Source of the DNA: Chrysomallon squamiferum
Taxonomy: Eukaryota > Animalia > Mollusca
Length of the DNA stretch: 64,000 nt
Reading direction: 5' to 3'
Assembly: GCA_012295275.1 (NCBI GenBank)
Contig: CM022670.1
Span: 9,486,001 to 9,550,000, forward strand
Positions 1-13,707 of the stretch are shown piece by piece; within the stretch, counting starts at the first letter, position 1, and each line of letters begins with the position of its first letter. The position numbers were made by a program, and so were the translations under genes. The notes under the pieces are model-generated. The model worked only from the letters and a program-made list of their open reading frames with translations, was not told the DNA's origin and made no database searches.

Positions 1-425
1 GTTATCTAAAATACTGTTATATCCAATGAAAATTTACTTTTTAAGTACTATCAGTCATAAATACACATTCCTAGAGCTTGGAATCACTGCAAGTAACACT
101 GCTTGTTTATTCGATTAATTAAAGATAAATATTATCATCTTACAAAAATTTATTGTCAATCATTATAAGCATTTTACACCCACTTGAAGATTTAACCGAT
201 ACTGATCTTGATCCTACAGATCAAGTTGTTGTTGATGCATCTGATTTAAATTAGAAACAAAATAATGTTTAGTGTTCTTGTATTTCCCCATTTAGCTCTA
301 AGCTGAAGCCAACAACAGGATGCAGCCAGTATTTATAGATCTTAAATTTAATGATTAACCACCAAGTTTCGTTAATTAAGAAATTACAGAGAATTAATAT
401 AATTTAAAAAGTTATACTCAATTAC

Positions 426-705
426 CTTCATCTTCTTATATAAGCCATAATTAAGCACCAGTGCATGAGTAAGAGCAATTCTGTATGGTTTCATAGGATG
501 TCCAGGTCCTGCAATATTAACACAAACACTTATGCTTATAGTTATAGCACAATTTATTAACTGTTCATTCAGGGATTACATTATATTCTATGATTTTATA
601 TTAACAGCAAACCTTCTTGAAATTTATATTTACATACTGAAAAATTAAAAAAAATAATAATAATACAAATTACCTTATCATAGTAATTACTACAAAAAGC
701 CTACA

Positions 706-741
<36 letters not shown>

Positions 742-1595
742 TTAAATTTAATGGCTAATAAAAAGACTAATAAAAGAGTATAAATATAAAGTACCATCAA
801 AGTTATAACTTTTGTCTTTATTGTGATATTATTTTCTATACATGAAAATGTGAGAAAATGAACAAAACAAATAATAAACAACAATAATTTATTGATTAAA
901 TCACTGTAGTTGATTTATTTCTTAATTTATCACGTGTGCGTGCATGTTTGTGTGCGTGTGTGTGTAAGTGTATGCATGTGAGTGTGTTTGTGTATTTTTC
1001 AGTCAGTATGTGTTTATGCAGACATAGGAGTGTTTGGAATGCACTGTGGGTGTGATGATATGAAAACAGATGAGTATGAGTGCATGGCTGTGCATATTTG
1101 CACTGAATTGTTCTAGAATCAAGTCAGAATCACACTGGCACATATTCAAAACAAGGTGATGTGTACGTAAACATAAATTGGGTCAGTAACACTCAACAGC
1201 TTATGTGAACTCTGTTTGACACCAAAATCTATAAATACACTGACCTAAATAACTGTATTGTATGCTACTGTTATAAATTTATATGATACGCAGTTTTACA
1301 ACCTGATCAGAGTAATACAAAAAAAAAATGTGTTAGTATCAAAATCAACTTGAAACTTTTATTTATTATTGTTATTATTTTTTTTTTTTAGAATCTTACA
1401 TCCATTTCCAGATTTGTAGATATGTATTTTCATCAGAAAACTATGCTGACCTTTTCATGTTTGGCAAATTAATATGTCCGTCCTTTGTTAATGATGTAAT
1501 GTGTTGCAGAAATAATGCTTCTGAATGAGAACATGGGATTTAAATAATAATATTAATAATGATAATAATGTAAATTGTTATCTTTCATAGTCTTC

Positions 1596-1654
<59 letters not shown>

Positions 1655-2307
1655 TTTACCAGTCTTGTTATGATGTAATTTTAGTACAAGGTCACTTTAC
1701 TGGGGTTTTTTAATAATATATTATGGAATATACGTCTAGAAATATAAGAAAATTTCTACAATTTTATGTTTTATAATAACTGTTATTAATGTTGTTGTTA
1801 TTAGTGTGTAATAAATTGTATGTGTTTGTGTATTTCATTACTTATACAGTCCAAAATAGTAATTTTAACAGAAATCATCTAAATACATGCTTGGGGACTT
1901 TAACATATTCAATTCTTTTACATCAGAAATACCCCCTTCCCATCGCATCCCCCCAAGGAATAAAACTAAAATATTATTTTGCGCAATAAAACACTATAAA
2001 TCTTCGTTTTACAATTAATTTGTTATTATTATTATTTTTTCAAAGATGACAGAATAAATTTTAAACCTCATACAATAACAGAAATAAAGATGAAAATGTT
2101 TTTATAGTTAGTTCTAATTACTTTCACGTTCATTGTTTTGGTAGTCACGTTCACAAATGCAGTATTATAGTATACAGGTATAGCACGGAAACAGAATGTT
2201 CAGACACACTGTTATTAGTAAAAAGTAAATATAAAAAATAAATAATTACCATAATGAAAATTTCCGACATCCTGATCGTAAAAGTAAGCTACAGTTGGTC
2301 CAGGCAT
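426..2307 (-). CDS. HDAC3: Histone deacetylase 3, first two coding exons (2250-2307, 426-508); gene continues beyond the window start
   Basis: Spliced translation [47 protein letters not shown] matches the HDAC3 N-terminus (human [45 protein letters not shown]). GT-AG intron in phase 1; exon 2 is 83 nt. Confidence 0.95.
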
Positions 2308-2690
2308 GGTTGAATTTTAAGATAAATATGTAAATATAATGATTTTGATGAATGTGATAAACACCGAATTAGCGAGTATATTCGATTAACTTCGGTCTCT
2401 TCCGTCTAAAGTCGGAAACTGTTGAATATTCATAAATATGCGGAAACGTTTTCCATCATGACAACATAAACACAATGTTACACATCTACCTGTTTGACGT
2501 GGCCAACTTTCTATAGAAATCCACGTGGAGTTATATACTTTTTAATACTAGCTAATTGACGTCATCAGAATTAAGAAATAAAAGGCAGCTATGGAATTAT
2601 TAAATATTAGTTCGTTCAGAAACGTGGAAGTCGTGCAGTTGCAGGAAGAATTTTGCCTTGACGTTGAACTTGAAGTGTCGAAGAAACAAG
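2308..2690. promoter_or_regulatory. Bidirectional promoter shared by HDAC3 (-) and FBXO4 (+)
   Basis: Divergent ATGs are only ~380 bp apart and the region is locally CpG-rich. Contains TGACGTGG (2495-2502), E-box CACGTG (2522-2527) and full CRE TGACGTCA (2557-2564). Confidence 0.75.
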
Positions 2691-3184
2691 ATGTTAGACT
2701 TTAGGAATCCAATATCGTCGAAAATTTTAAGTCAGAATAACATTTCTCTGGATCATTCAAATTGTAGCAATGAAAATATTCTTGACGATGAAATGGTGAA
2801 TATCTTAAACTCGGTGACAGAGTTGATGAAAAAATACAGAATGTACAGCAAGGCATCTGAATCAAAAGTCTGCTCAGGAGGGCTTCAGCAGTATTTAACA
2901 AGAAAGCTGAAACAAAGACATAATGAACTAGACAAAAGCAAACTTCAAGCTCTATATGTTAAAGACTCATCTACAGTAAGGATTAATGTATCTCAAACAT
3001 TTGAAACAGAGACCTCTGAACACAAAATGCATTTTTCCAACCTGCCAGTAAGTAATCATAATTTTAAATTATTTAGTCTTTAATACCAAAATTATGATAT
3101 TATGTTGCTTTTATATTTACGGAAAATCAAGGTTTTATTTTTTACTTTTCTTTTTTCCTCCCCCCCATCGGACGTAGTGAATAT

Positions 3185-3227
<43 letters not shown>

Positions 3228-5947
3228 TTTTAGTGTAAATGTATTTGTTCAGGTACAGGTGTTAGTAATGATGGGCAAAAATAGTTACATTTTAAATGTT
3301 GCCTGTAATTATGCATTATGATGATTTATTAATATGTATGTCAAAATATTTTATTTTAATTCATTATAATATTAATTTTTTTCGTAACTGTAAATAAATA
3401 AATTAATAAATTAATTAAGAAAGATTAAGATATATGAAAGTATTATTTCAGATTGATGTCAGATTGTATATATTCTCGTACCTGACAGCTAAAGATTTGT
3501 GCAGAGTAAGCAGTGTGAGTAAAGAGTGGAATGAGTTATCAGTGGATGAACTACTGTGGCAGGAACGACTACAGTGTGACATCAGAAAGTGGCACTGCAT
3601 TTCACACACAGGAAACCCCAAACTGTACAGAGAGGTTCAGTCAGAATGGTCTTCAAAAGACATGTATGTTTAAATATCTGTCAACATTATTGTTTTAAAT
3701 TAGCATATAACATTTATAAACATTAAATTGTACTAAACAAAATTGCATACGATTTACTTATTTTTAATGATTGTTTTTAAATTAACTGTTGTCTAAAATA
3801 TAACTTATCTGTAGCCTTAAACTGTTATTAATGGCAGCACCTTTGTTGGAAGAGTGAAAGGTGGGTAATATAATCAGTCCTTTTTAGAGCAACTATTCAG
3901 GCTATTTCATTCTAGCCAGTCAACTATGGGATGTAACTGTGCTTTGCTAATTACAAATTTTTATTATTGCTAATATTGTTGTTGTTACTGTTGTTTATTA
4001 TTCCTATTATTGTTGCTGTCTGTATTCTTTACTTTTATTATTATTATTATTTCAGATACCTAAGATGTTCTCCTGAAGTTCATCAGTCACACAAGGAAGA
4101 AAATACTACATTCCATCAGGTCTCTCAAGTACTGAGATACCTCATGCCAAAAAAAGTTCCAAAGGTTGCCATGTTTGGTCCAGGCTTGGAATCATCAACT
4201 AGTGCAATTATCCAGAAAATGTTGTACGAAGAAAATGTGGATTTCGTAAAACTTGCTATGTTTCCAGGACAATTTAATGGTAATTATGTTTATACTTGCA
4301 GATTAATATCCATTAAAAAAAAAGAGCTAATAATAATAATAATAATAATAATAAATTGAGGTTTGGTATGCAGATATTAAGCTTATTTCCTTTAAATTAC
4401 ACATGAAAAATATTTGATTTGAAGAATTGTTGAATAAATATTACATAACCATATCACATACGTCAAAATTTCACAATTGTCAGATAAATTAATTATAGTA
4501 CAGGTTAAGGACCTCTTATCTGAAATCTGAAATACTTATGGTCCCTAGCATTTCAGATAGAGGATTCTTAACCTATATAGTATTATTTCAATATCTGAAC
4601 TCAGCTTAATTCTCAGTCTTTTTTTTATTCTTTTGGTGTGTGTGTGTGTTTTCTTCATGCAACCATATTATTTTTTACAATGTTTTATTACTTTCTAAAT
4701 TCATTCCGTGAACAGTAGTGGCTATTTATTACAATTATTTTTCTTAATTTATAAGAGTCAGAAATTATTTCCATTTCTTCTTATTGTAGTAAATAATAAT
4801 AAATGATTTCTGTTGCAGGTGTTGGTTCAGGTATGACACTAAAGCTTTCTTCAGGACTAACATTTCACCTGTCTGTTTTGTACACGGCAAGCAAGGGAGA
4901 GAGGAAAATTGAACACAGAAACAGACTGGCCACAAATCGAATGTTAAACAAACAGAAGAATGCAGACACAGACACAGAATCCTACGTATTACATAGCTCC
5001 ATCAAACACCTTTGTCATTCATTAGATGGTTTTATCTTTGTCACTGATGCTTCGCAATCAAAAGAGGAAGGTAGGAAAGAAATTGTGTTAAATTGTAGTA
5101 ATTAATGTGAAGTATTAGCTTTAAATAATGTTCAAAATGGTTTTAGATTACAAATATAAATTCTGGAAATTCTATTCTGTGCATATTTTTTTCCAGTAAA
5201 TGATATGAAGATAATAAATTCATCAGTAAGACTATCCATGGGCACGCAAAAAACCTAAAATGAACTTGCACAACAAAACCATACAATACAGTTACTGTTT
5301 GCTTTAAAATAATCATGTTTAAATCCCAAAATTAATATATTATTATTTTTTTTTATGTTATTGTTTTATTATTTATATTTTATCATTGTACTGAAGTTTT
5401 CAGTTATTATATTTCAGTGGAAAAAACCCATGCTGAACTGTTTGCCATGGTTAGTGAAAGGTGGTCATCTCCTCAAGTTCCACTGTTAGTTTTATCCTGT
5501 ATAAAAACTTCTGATGTTCCAAGAACACCTGCAGCAGATATTGTAGAATCTCTTCAACTGTCATCCTTCAACAGACCATGGCTGGTATTTATCACTGGTT
5601 TTGAAAGATCTGTTATTATTTTTATTTAGTTTTATTCATTTACATATTTTTTATAGAGACCAATAGTTTTAAAAACAAATTCTGACATTAACCAATATAT
5701 TTATTTACAAGGTTAAATTTAAAATGATCATCATTTACAAAGCTACATTTTTTGGTCAACTTACAATATTACATAGAATAACATTATATTTTGTATTGAT
5801 ATTCACAAATGAATAATTAAATATATTTTATATTTTCTTACTGATTTACGTATTCATTATTTTTAGGTCCATGATGTAATTGTAGAGACTCTTGAAGGCA
5901 CTGTTGATGGAATTCAGTGGCTTGTAGAGCAATCACAACACAGATGA
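2691..5947 (+). CDS. FBXO4: F-box only protein 4, 6 exons (~2691-3047, 3452-3663, 4056-4279, 4819-5070, 5418-5584, 5867-5947)
   Basis: F-box (FSNLP/IDVRLYIFSYLTAKDLCRVSSVSKEWNELSVDELLW) followed by FBXO4-typical AMFGPGLE, GVGSG, DGFIFVTDA, PLLVLSC and RPWLV...GIQWL motifs of the GTPase-like domain. GT-AG boundaries; TGA at 5945-5947. Confidence 0.92.
4501..4575. mobile_element. 75-bp Tc1/mariner-pogo (Tigger-like) MITE in FBXO4 intron 3
   Basis: Imperfect terminal inverted repeats CAGGTTAAGGACCTCTTATCTGAAAT / ATTTCAGATAGAGGATTCTTAACCTA, flanked by TA at 4499-4500 and 4576-4577. Confidence 0.75.
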
Positions 5948-7229
5948 TAATTAATAAATTTACAATTATATTTGAATTCACCATCAATAACAGTCTGAAA
6001 TCTCAACACAAATGAGACATCAGTCTGAATTTGATGACAGTCAACTTTCAGTGTGAGTGACATAATCTTACAACATGGGTATATTATGAAATGAGTTCTA
6101 GATGTTGGCTATGATGTGAATTCATCATTACTGATAGTCTAAGCTCTGTGCTGGGAATAATATGAATGAAATTAAGTTTCAAGTTTCAGCACTGAAGATT
6201 AGTTTAAATTCAACATCTTGTGTGTCTCATCACATTGAAATATTAAAAATTTGTGAACAAAGAGATACAACATCATTTGCAATATGAACTTATTATTCAA
6301 AATATAAAATATTTTTCTATAAATTTAGTCATTTTTATGTGTGTATATGGCTGGATTTTATTGTTATATGCTTGTCTGAGATGTGATATATACTAAAGCA
6401 TATCAAGAACTGATTTTATTAGAATTAATTTGTTAATATTTTATATATATATATATATTTGATGGTTACTGGTTTTTCATTATTTGAGGTATCTTTGCAT
6501 CTGAGATTTAATCAAAACATTCCTTTCATTTCATTAATCAAAAATTATACAAAATTAAATGAAAATTATTTCGAGCTGTGATAAAATTAAATAAGAAATC
6601 AAAACACCTAGAAAACACATACAATTTCATGATTAATAATAATAAAAACATCCCAAAATACTTCCCCAACAACAACCCTCTCCACACAAATAAACCAACC
6701 ACATAAGTTATTTAATGCTCATGTTTTAAAATATTCCTAGATTTTTAATTTTGTTACATGTTGATTTATTTGTTAACAATAAATTGTTTAAAAAAAAACA
6801 CTGGACTCTTGTTAATGGTATAAAAAATTTAAACCAGACTGTAACAATATTTTGCTTATTTATTTAATTCACATTATAAGACTGCCTGCAGTACAATGTC
6901 ATGTAATGCCCTAACCAGTGGGTTCACTGGGTTATTGCACTCTCAAATGAGCAAAGGCAGATAATGTATACAATATAAACCTTCCTAACATACTTTGAGA
7001 TATATGGATTTGTGTTACATGCTTCTACTGCCTTTATTTAGAATAATAGGAAATTTAATCATTTCAATATTTGATGTCTTGCTCTGAAATGAACGTTTAA
7101 AAAAAAAAAAAAAAAAAAAAATCTGTTATTTCAATCTTTGATATATTTAAGCTGCAAGGACATTCTGATCTGTAACATTACACTTAACAGAGAAACAAAA
7201 TGAAGAAAAAAAATGTTCAATAAATGTTA

Positions 7230-10200
7230 TTACGTCACTGCTTTCTTAGAGTTAAACACTTTGATGCCTTTTTGTGAAGAGGCTCTGGCATATTTCATCA
7301 GCAAAGCTCCAACATCTGTCTTTTCTGTTGCCACATCCCTGATACATTCATTAAAAAGAAATAATAAACATATTTAAAAAAAACAAAAAAAAACAAATTT
7401 CCCTCAAAAAAAAAAAATCCTTAACTAAAATTTTAAAAAAAAAAAAAAACAAAATAAAACAAACAATAATGTAGTCAATTACAAAAGTTAAAAGCTTCTT
7501 TGGATTTAAAAAAAATTAGTTTGCACTTAACAGATGAAAATGCAATCAGTGGTTATTATAAACATGAAAGTAATATGTTAACAACAAAATATAAATACAT
7601 TAAGTAAAATGAATAGCTTTTTAATAATATTAACATGATTATTTTCATGAATTTAAATTTTTTTTTTTAAATGGTATGACCAAATGTAATTACATAGTAA
7701 TATTTCAGAAAAAGAGTTCTGCCAAGGTGTGTTGTGGCCTTAAAATACAACAAAATAAACTTACTTTATATATGGTGTTATTTCTGACAAGGTCCATTTT
7801 TCTCTGGTTTTGAACAACATATTAAACCTGCGAAATGTTTTTTTTAAAAATAAAGAAATTATTTTAGATCAATGTTACAAAAACAAACATCAAAAAAAAA
7901 AAATGTAAATCTGTTTTCTCTGCAATTGTTTGTCAACACTATAAAGGTTATATATGAAATCCCAAATTTTATAATTCATACAAACCATTTTATTAGAGAA
8001 AATTATCCAGAGAAGTGATTAAAACAGAAAACAACAATGTCCAAACTCATTAAAGCAAAATTATAACCAAATTAAATCACCTTTCTGGAATGTCTTCTGG
8101 AAGGTTTTCAACTGGAAAATGCCAAATTACTTGTGGTGTAGAATCCTGATTTATTAAAGCCATACCCTGAAAGAAAAAATTAAATCACAACAATATGCTT
8201 AACAGTAGTGTCATGTTACAAAGAACCGTAGTACATAAAATTATGTATTCTTGTGACTGTTTTTTTTTTTTTTCATGGTGGCAGAGTGACAATCATAAAA
8301 CAGTAAAGGGTAGCATTTTCCTTTTCTTTAGTGTTATAATATTTCTTGCATGGACATGTAAAATATACTTGACAGATTAACCTGATTTATCCTGTATATG
8401 AAAAATAAAATTGTAAGTAACATACTAGCAATGTTACAAGATAAGAAGCAGTTTATTGTTTGATAACAAGAATAATAATAAAACAGAAAATTATTTTCTA
8501 ACTTTAATTATTTACAGTAGTTTATTCTGCAGACAAATGTCACAGAAATTTAAATTTTTTTTTTTTAAATATTTCTATATACCTCAACTTGGTGCAGACT
8601 TGTTTTCATATATTCAGGAACACACTGCTGCCAAACCTTCAAGAATTCTTCAAGATTAAACTACAATACAATTCTAAATATGTCAGTAAAAATAGCTTTA
8701 TTAGAACATTGTTTAATACACTTAATATTGGTTTGGAATAGGTGGCATTCAAGAACAAATTTGTATCTGAAATATGTGACATATATATATATTCTGAAAG
8801 GTGAACAAAATGACATACATGTGGTTGAATCATTTTATGTATAAATATCTAAATTTCACTCAAAAACCCTGTGAATGTTTGTTCCAATCCATCTCCACAC
8901 ATTTACAAACTCTATATTTTCTTTAAAAAATAAAACTTGAAAAAAAAACACCATCAATCCTTCCCAAACCACCATTACCATACACAAATATTAATCTTTC
9001 ACATACCATGCCACTCTGTCTTAAAATTATTTCTGCAAAGAAACGACAGACACGATCTTCATTCAGAAAATAACGAGAATCTAAAATAAACAATAAAATT
9101 ACTTTTTAAATTTATAATTCTCTGCAAAGCACAGTTTCAAGCACTTAACATTTACCGCTCACCATTTTTTTTCCGTGTTTATTATTATTATTTAACCATA
9201 AAATTTAGTTATTATAATTAAATCCACAATAATTTTTGACCATTTTCTGAAGTCATTTATATAAGCTGCATAACTGGCTTTGTAATGTTATTTTTAGGGT
9301 CAGAGAGATGAACCCAACAGGCAATATATTTTTTTGCTGGGGTGTCATTAAACATTCATTTAAAGAGATGAATAAAGGATTTGGGAAGTATTAAATTTAC
9401 GTAAATGTATAATAAAAGTTTAATTCAAACTAATACGTAATAATCATTTTTATTTATATTGCGTTTTCTCTAAGATTCTTGTAACAAAAGCTTATGTTAA
9501 AAACAGTAAAAAATATTTACTTATTTTCTGCTCAGGATTATCATCCAGTGATTCAACAGGTCGTATATCTGCAAACCAGTTCAGAATATGATGTATCACA
9601 GATCTGAAAACATGATAATAAGTTTTCACTATAGTACATTTCACTTTGTATTCTAATGCAATCAAATACCTCTCAAATTTTTTATTCTTTTTTATTTCTC
9701 TCACAAACATTTTAATGCAATAGTTTGTAAAATATATTTTAGAATAGACGAGACAGATTATTTTCTTCTGATCCAAAACATAAAAATTTAGCAGAGTTTA
9801 CCACAACATCAATGGTTTACATGTAAAATTATAAACGTGTACAAAAGTTCACCTCGGATAGATTTCTTCCAGTGTTTGACAGCATTCATCCAGAGGAATA
9901 CCTGACTCAAACCAGTCATTTTCCTCAGACAGACCAATGGTATGATTCAACACTTGAGACACAAAATCAAAGTTCAACACACGCCAGTAACCTGTTGATA
10001 TTAATTAAACATTGTCAAGATGCTTATGATAATATATCTAATTAGAAATTTAAGACATTCAGAAACATTTAAATTTAACTGATAGGTTAATTTTCCCTGG
10101 AAGAAATGGTCACATAATTAGAATAAAATTTATGTTCTGTTAAAATTCTGAATTGTATATTTTTTAAATAGATAACAATTTGATTTTTAAATTAGTTTGT

Positions 10201-12059
10201 AATTTGAAAGATGACAATAATATATAGCAGGAAAAATAATGAATAATGTTTACAACATCCCTCTCCCAGGAAAGTCATCTGTTAAAAATCATAATATTAA
10301 GAAAATTAGGTTTGGATTATGTGATTACATGACAACCCTTTATTCTGTTCAAAAGGACTGATTTTGGAAACATAAGTACCTTCAATCAAACATGCATTTA
10401 TCTTCTTCAGGGCATCTTTCAATTCTGTTTCACTGGCCTGAACCAAATCTAGCAAATCAGCATATGTATACTGCAACAGAATACCTGACATTTAGATATT
10501 TGTTAAAGTGATAACAAAGTAGAATTAAACAAATAGAAAAATCTTTCATTATACAGAAATGTTTAAAAAACAACAACAACAACATATCTCTCTAAAGAGA
10601 GTTGATCCTGTGGCCAATCAGGCCAGAATAAACCACACCCATTTAAGCTTTCTAAGATTCTAATGCTGCTGACCAGTCCAAAAACAGCTTTTTTTATTAA
10701 GTCAGTGTTGGTCTTATTCAACTTTTAGATGTGAATTAATTATCTGATAAAGAAGAGGAAATTAACCTTTAAGCCTTGATGTTCTTCATCATCTTCACAT
10801 TCTTTTCCACTGAATTCATTCTGTTCCAGCAAATCTTTTAGTTTCCTGACCCTTGGTTTACAAGGTCTCAGCTCATAGTACTTGTACAAAACTGAACAGA
10901 CCTAAAATTAAATTCATCTTAATTATATAACCTCTTTAATATTATTAATTAAAAAATACAAATTGATCTAGTATGTCATGAATTTACGATAAGCAAAAGA
11001 AAAAAGAAAAAGTGTTATATTTATAAAGTACTGTTTCAGAGAAAATTTCAAACATGCAACTATAATTCAAAATATCTTTCAGAAATACTGAGTTTTTCTC
11101 CATGTAACTATATTAACAATTTTGAGTTTAATTTTTACAACTAAAATAAAATTTTTAAAAAATGTAATCTTTGTGATACCTCTCTTTTTTGTATTTCAAC
11201 TGGTTCACCTTGTTTGAGTTCATCACCAAACTGCAGCTGTGTCATTATCAACATTGAGTTTGATGTTTCTGCTTCTTTTATTTCAAATGTCTTGTCTTGT
11301 GTACATAAAACAGCATTTTCCTCCTTATCTCCTCGAATCACGATACTAAAAATACCATGTACAGACATCTTTAATTAAATATCTTAAGAAACTTAAGAAA
11401 CTATTTTACGTGCAAAACAACAACACCACCAACAAAAATAAAACAATAAATAAATAAAATAAAATAAATACAAAACGGAGATTGAAAAAACGAAAAACAA
11501 AGAAGAAAAGATAAACATACTGCTGTTGTTCTTCTAAACAACTAACAATCGCTGGGTCCATTTCAAGTAGTTTGATGTGTTCATTATCAAGGTGCTCAGA
11601 AAAATATATACACTGAGCTCGAGTCCGTAAATCCTCTTTCTTAAGTTTAGCAAACTCCAAAATGGCATTAACATCATCCAGTGTTCTAAAAAGAAAAGAA
11701 AGAAAGAAAGAAAGGAAAAAAAATAATCTTCAGTGATTGTATATAATTATCAACAAAAACAACTGCAATAAAAAGTTTCTAACTTTATTTAGTTAGGCCC
11801 TGTCATACTTCAAGACAGTAATTTGAGTAAATCATTTTAAAATTAGATTATTTAACTGCGAGTGGGAACACTGCGAACAGGTGCTACTCACTGAGTAACT
11901 CAACCTACTCTATTTTATTTTTCAGCCAATTTTCTTAAACTTTAAGTTTAACACATCCTTTTTTTTTTTAAATCTTCATTTATCTCGACAGCCTTTCTTA
12001 AAACTGAAATACCTTTCTTCAGAAACTGGTACATTTTCATTTGCTTCCATCAATGCCAT
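7230..12059 (-). CDS. DSCC1: Sister chromatid cohesion protein DCC1 (CTF18-RFC subunit), multi-exon
   Basis: Spliced exons read MALMEANENVPVSEE-RTLDDV..., IVIRGDKEENAVLCTQDKTFEIKEAETSNSMLI, YYELRPCKPRVRKL, DLLDLVQASETEL..NACLIEGYWRVL, FNLEEFLKVWQQCVP, EKWTLSEITPYI and GALLMKYARAS..GIKVFNSKK. ATG at 12057-12059, TAA at 7230-7232. Confidence 0.95.
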
Positions 12060-12068
12060 GGCTACAAA

Positions 12069-12175
12069 TTTCCCGCAATTATTTTTATGTTCACTTTCTG
12101 GTTTGAATGGTATTAGTTCGTTTATGGTTATTTTTCCGGATACAGTCGATTAAGGACAAATGGAAGACAGCCAAT
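12069..12175 (-). promoter_or_regulatory. DSCC1 proximal promoter: E2F site and CCAAT box
   Basis: TTTCCCGC at 12069-12076 (canonical E2F), ~10 bp from the ATG; CCAATCAG starting at 12171. Confidence 0.65.
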
Positions 12176-12549
12176 CAGGACGGACAAAATAATAGTTTTA
12201 GTTGAAACATTTTTATTACTAACATTATTAGGGTCACGTTCTTCTATAAATCATATATGAGGGAAAATTAATAATCTCATCGTTTCCCTTTACCTTTACT
12301 GTTACTACTACTGCTACTATTATTATTAACATAATTATTATTCACATTGATACATCGTGTTTACTTTAATATTATAATCTGAACAGCCTTTTGACCAAAT
12401 CCAAATAGCACGTGTATATTTTTAATCGAGTCTTTATATAAAATGATATTTGAAGTTGTTCTTTTTTCTTTCTTTCTTGTTTTTTTTTTTTTTTGTTTTG
12501 TTTTTTATTATTCAGTAAATTTTGAGGTTAGGAATTCACCATTCCAAAA

Positions 12550-12582
<33 letters not shown>

Positions 12583-13707
12583 TTGTTTTCAAGATGTTCA
12601 AAATTCAATTTTGGAGACCATAAAATGAATTTATACCACTTCTGAAAGTAAAATTAACAATTACCTGAATAACTGGATCATTATTTCCATTTAATTAAAT
12701 GCACAGAAATAATCATAGATAAACCTTTTTTTCAATGCTGATCCATGAATTTTATAAATAAAATATAAATAAAAAAAATAAAAAACAAAACAGATACCAG
12801 AAATAATATCCAAAATTTTATTGTTGAGCAACATTTAAAAATAATATGAAACTAGAAAAATGAAACAAATTAATGTTAAAATAGTCTCAATGTGTTTCAC
12901 CATTGACGTATCTATCCATCACTCATCATTCGGGTAAATTTAATCCCAGATAACTTCCATACATTAACATCTATGTCTGGAAACCATTTTATGTTGCTGT
13001 TATCTTGGTGGAGAAATTGACAGATGCATTTTTACAAAGATGCAACACTTATTACAACATTAGCAGTAAAACCTTTAATTAATTAATTTTTCATTGGTAA
13101 GTACACAGAAACTATTGATATGTCATAGATGTAACATTTCTGAGAACAGTTTTTAAAATGCATGATATACATTACACTATTTATGTGCACTTTTTAAATG
13201 CCTATAACAGTGTTTCTTTCTCCAGTTCTTTGTCAAGAAATCCTTAATTCATTCTATCACAAGTATTCCATTTCTCTTAGGAAATAGTCTCTGTTTCTGT
13301 TATTGCATATGAAAGACCATTATCTTTTTTTATCCAGTGGATAGATCAACAAACAGAATAAGTTTAAAAAGTCCTAATGCAACATTCTGCACTGCAGTAA
13401 TTGTACTGGATCTGCAAGATAGATAAATATTGACAACGTCCTTATCTAGCCATCATATATATTGCTTCTAATAGATTCCTACAAAGAAATATATGATACC
13501 CTTACACCCGTGTTGTATTACAAAAATAATTGACAGTGGAGCTACTATTAAATGATAAAATTATCACTTTTACATGATAATGAACATATGATTTTAAAAG
13601 CTGACAGTATTCTGCCAGTCTCTTGTTCTTCTAACACATTCTGTTCATGAAGTGACAGCTTCACCAACTCAGTTTAAAATGAGTATCAATCATGGAAACC
13701 AGTTGTT

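Noticed and set aside
11884-11902. TACTCACTGAGTAACTCA quasi-palindrome, similar to 30567-30590 in IK intron 1
   Set aside because: Short, inexact and only two instances, so it cannot be distinguished from chance.
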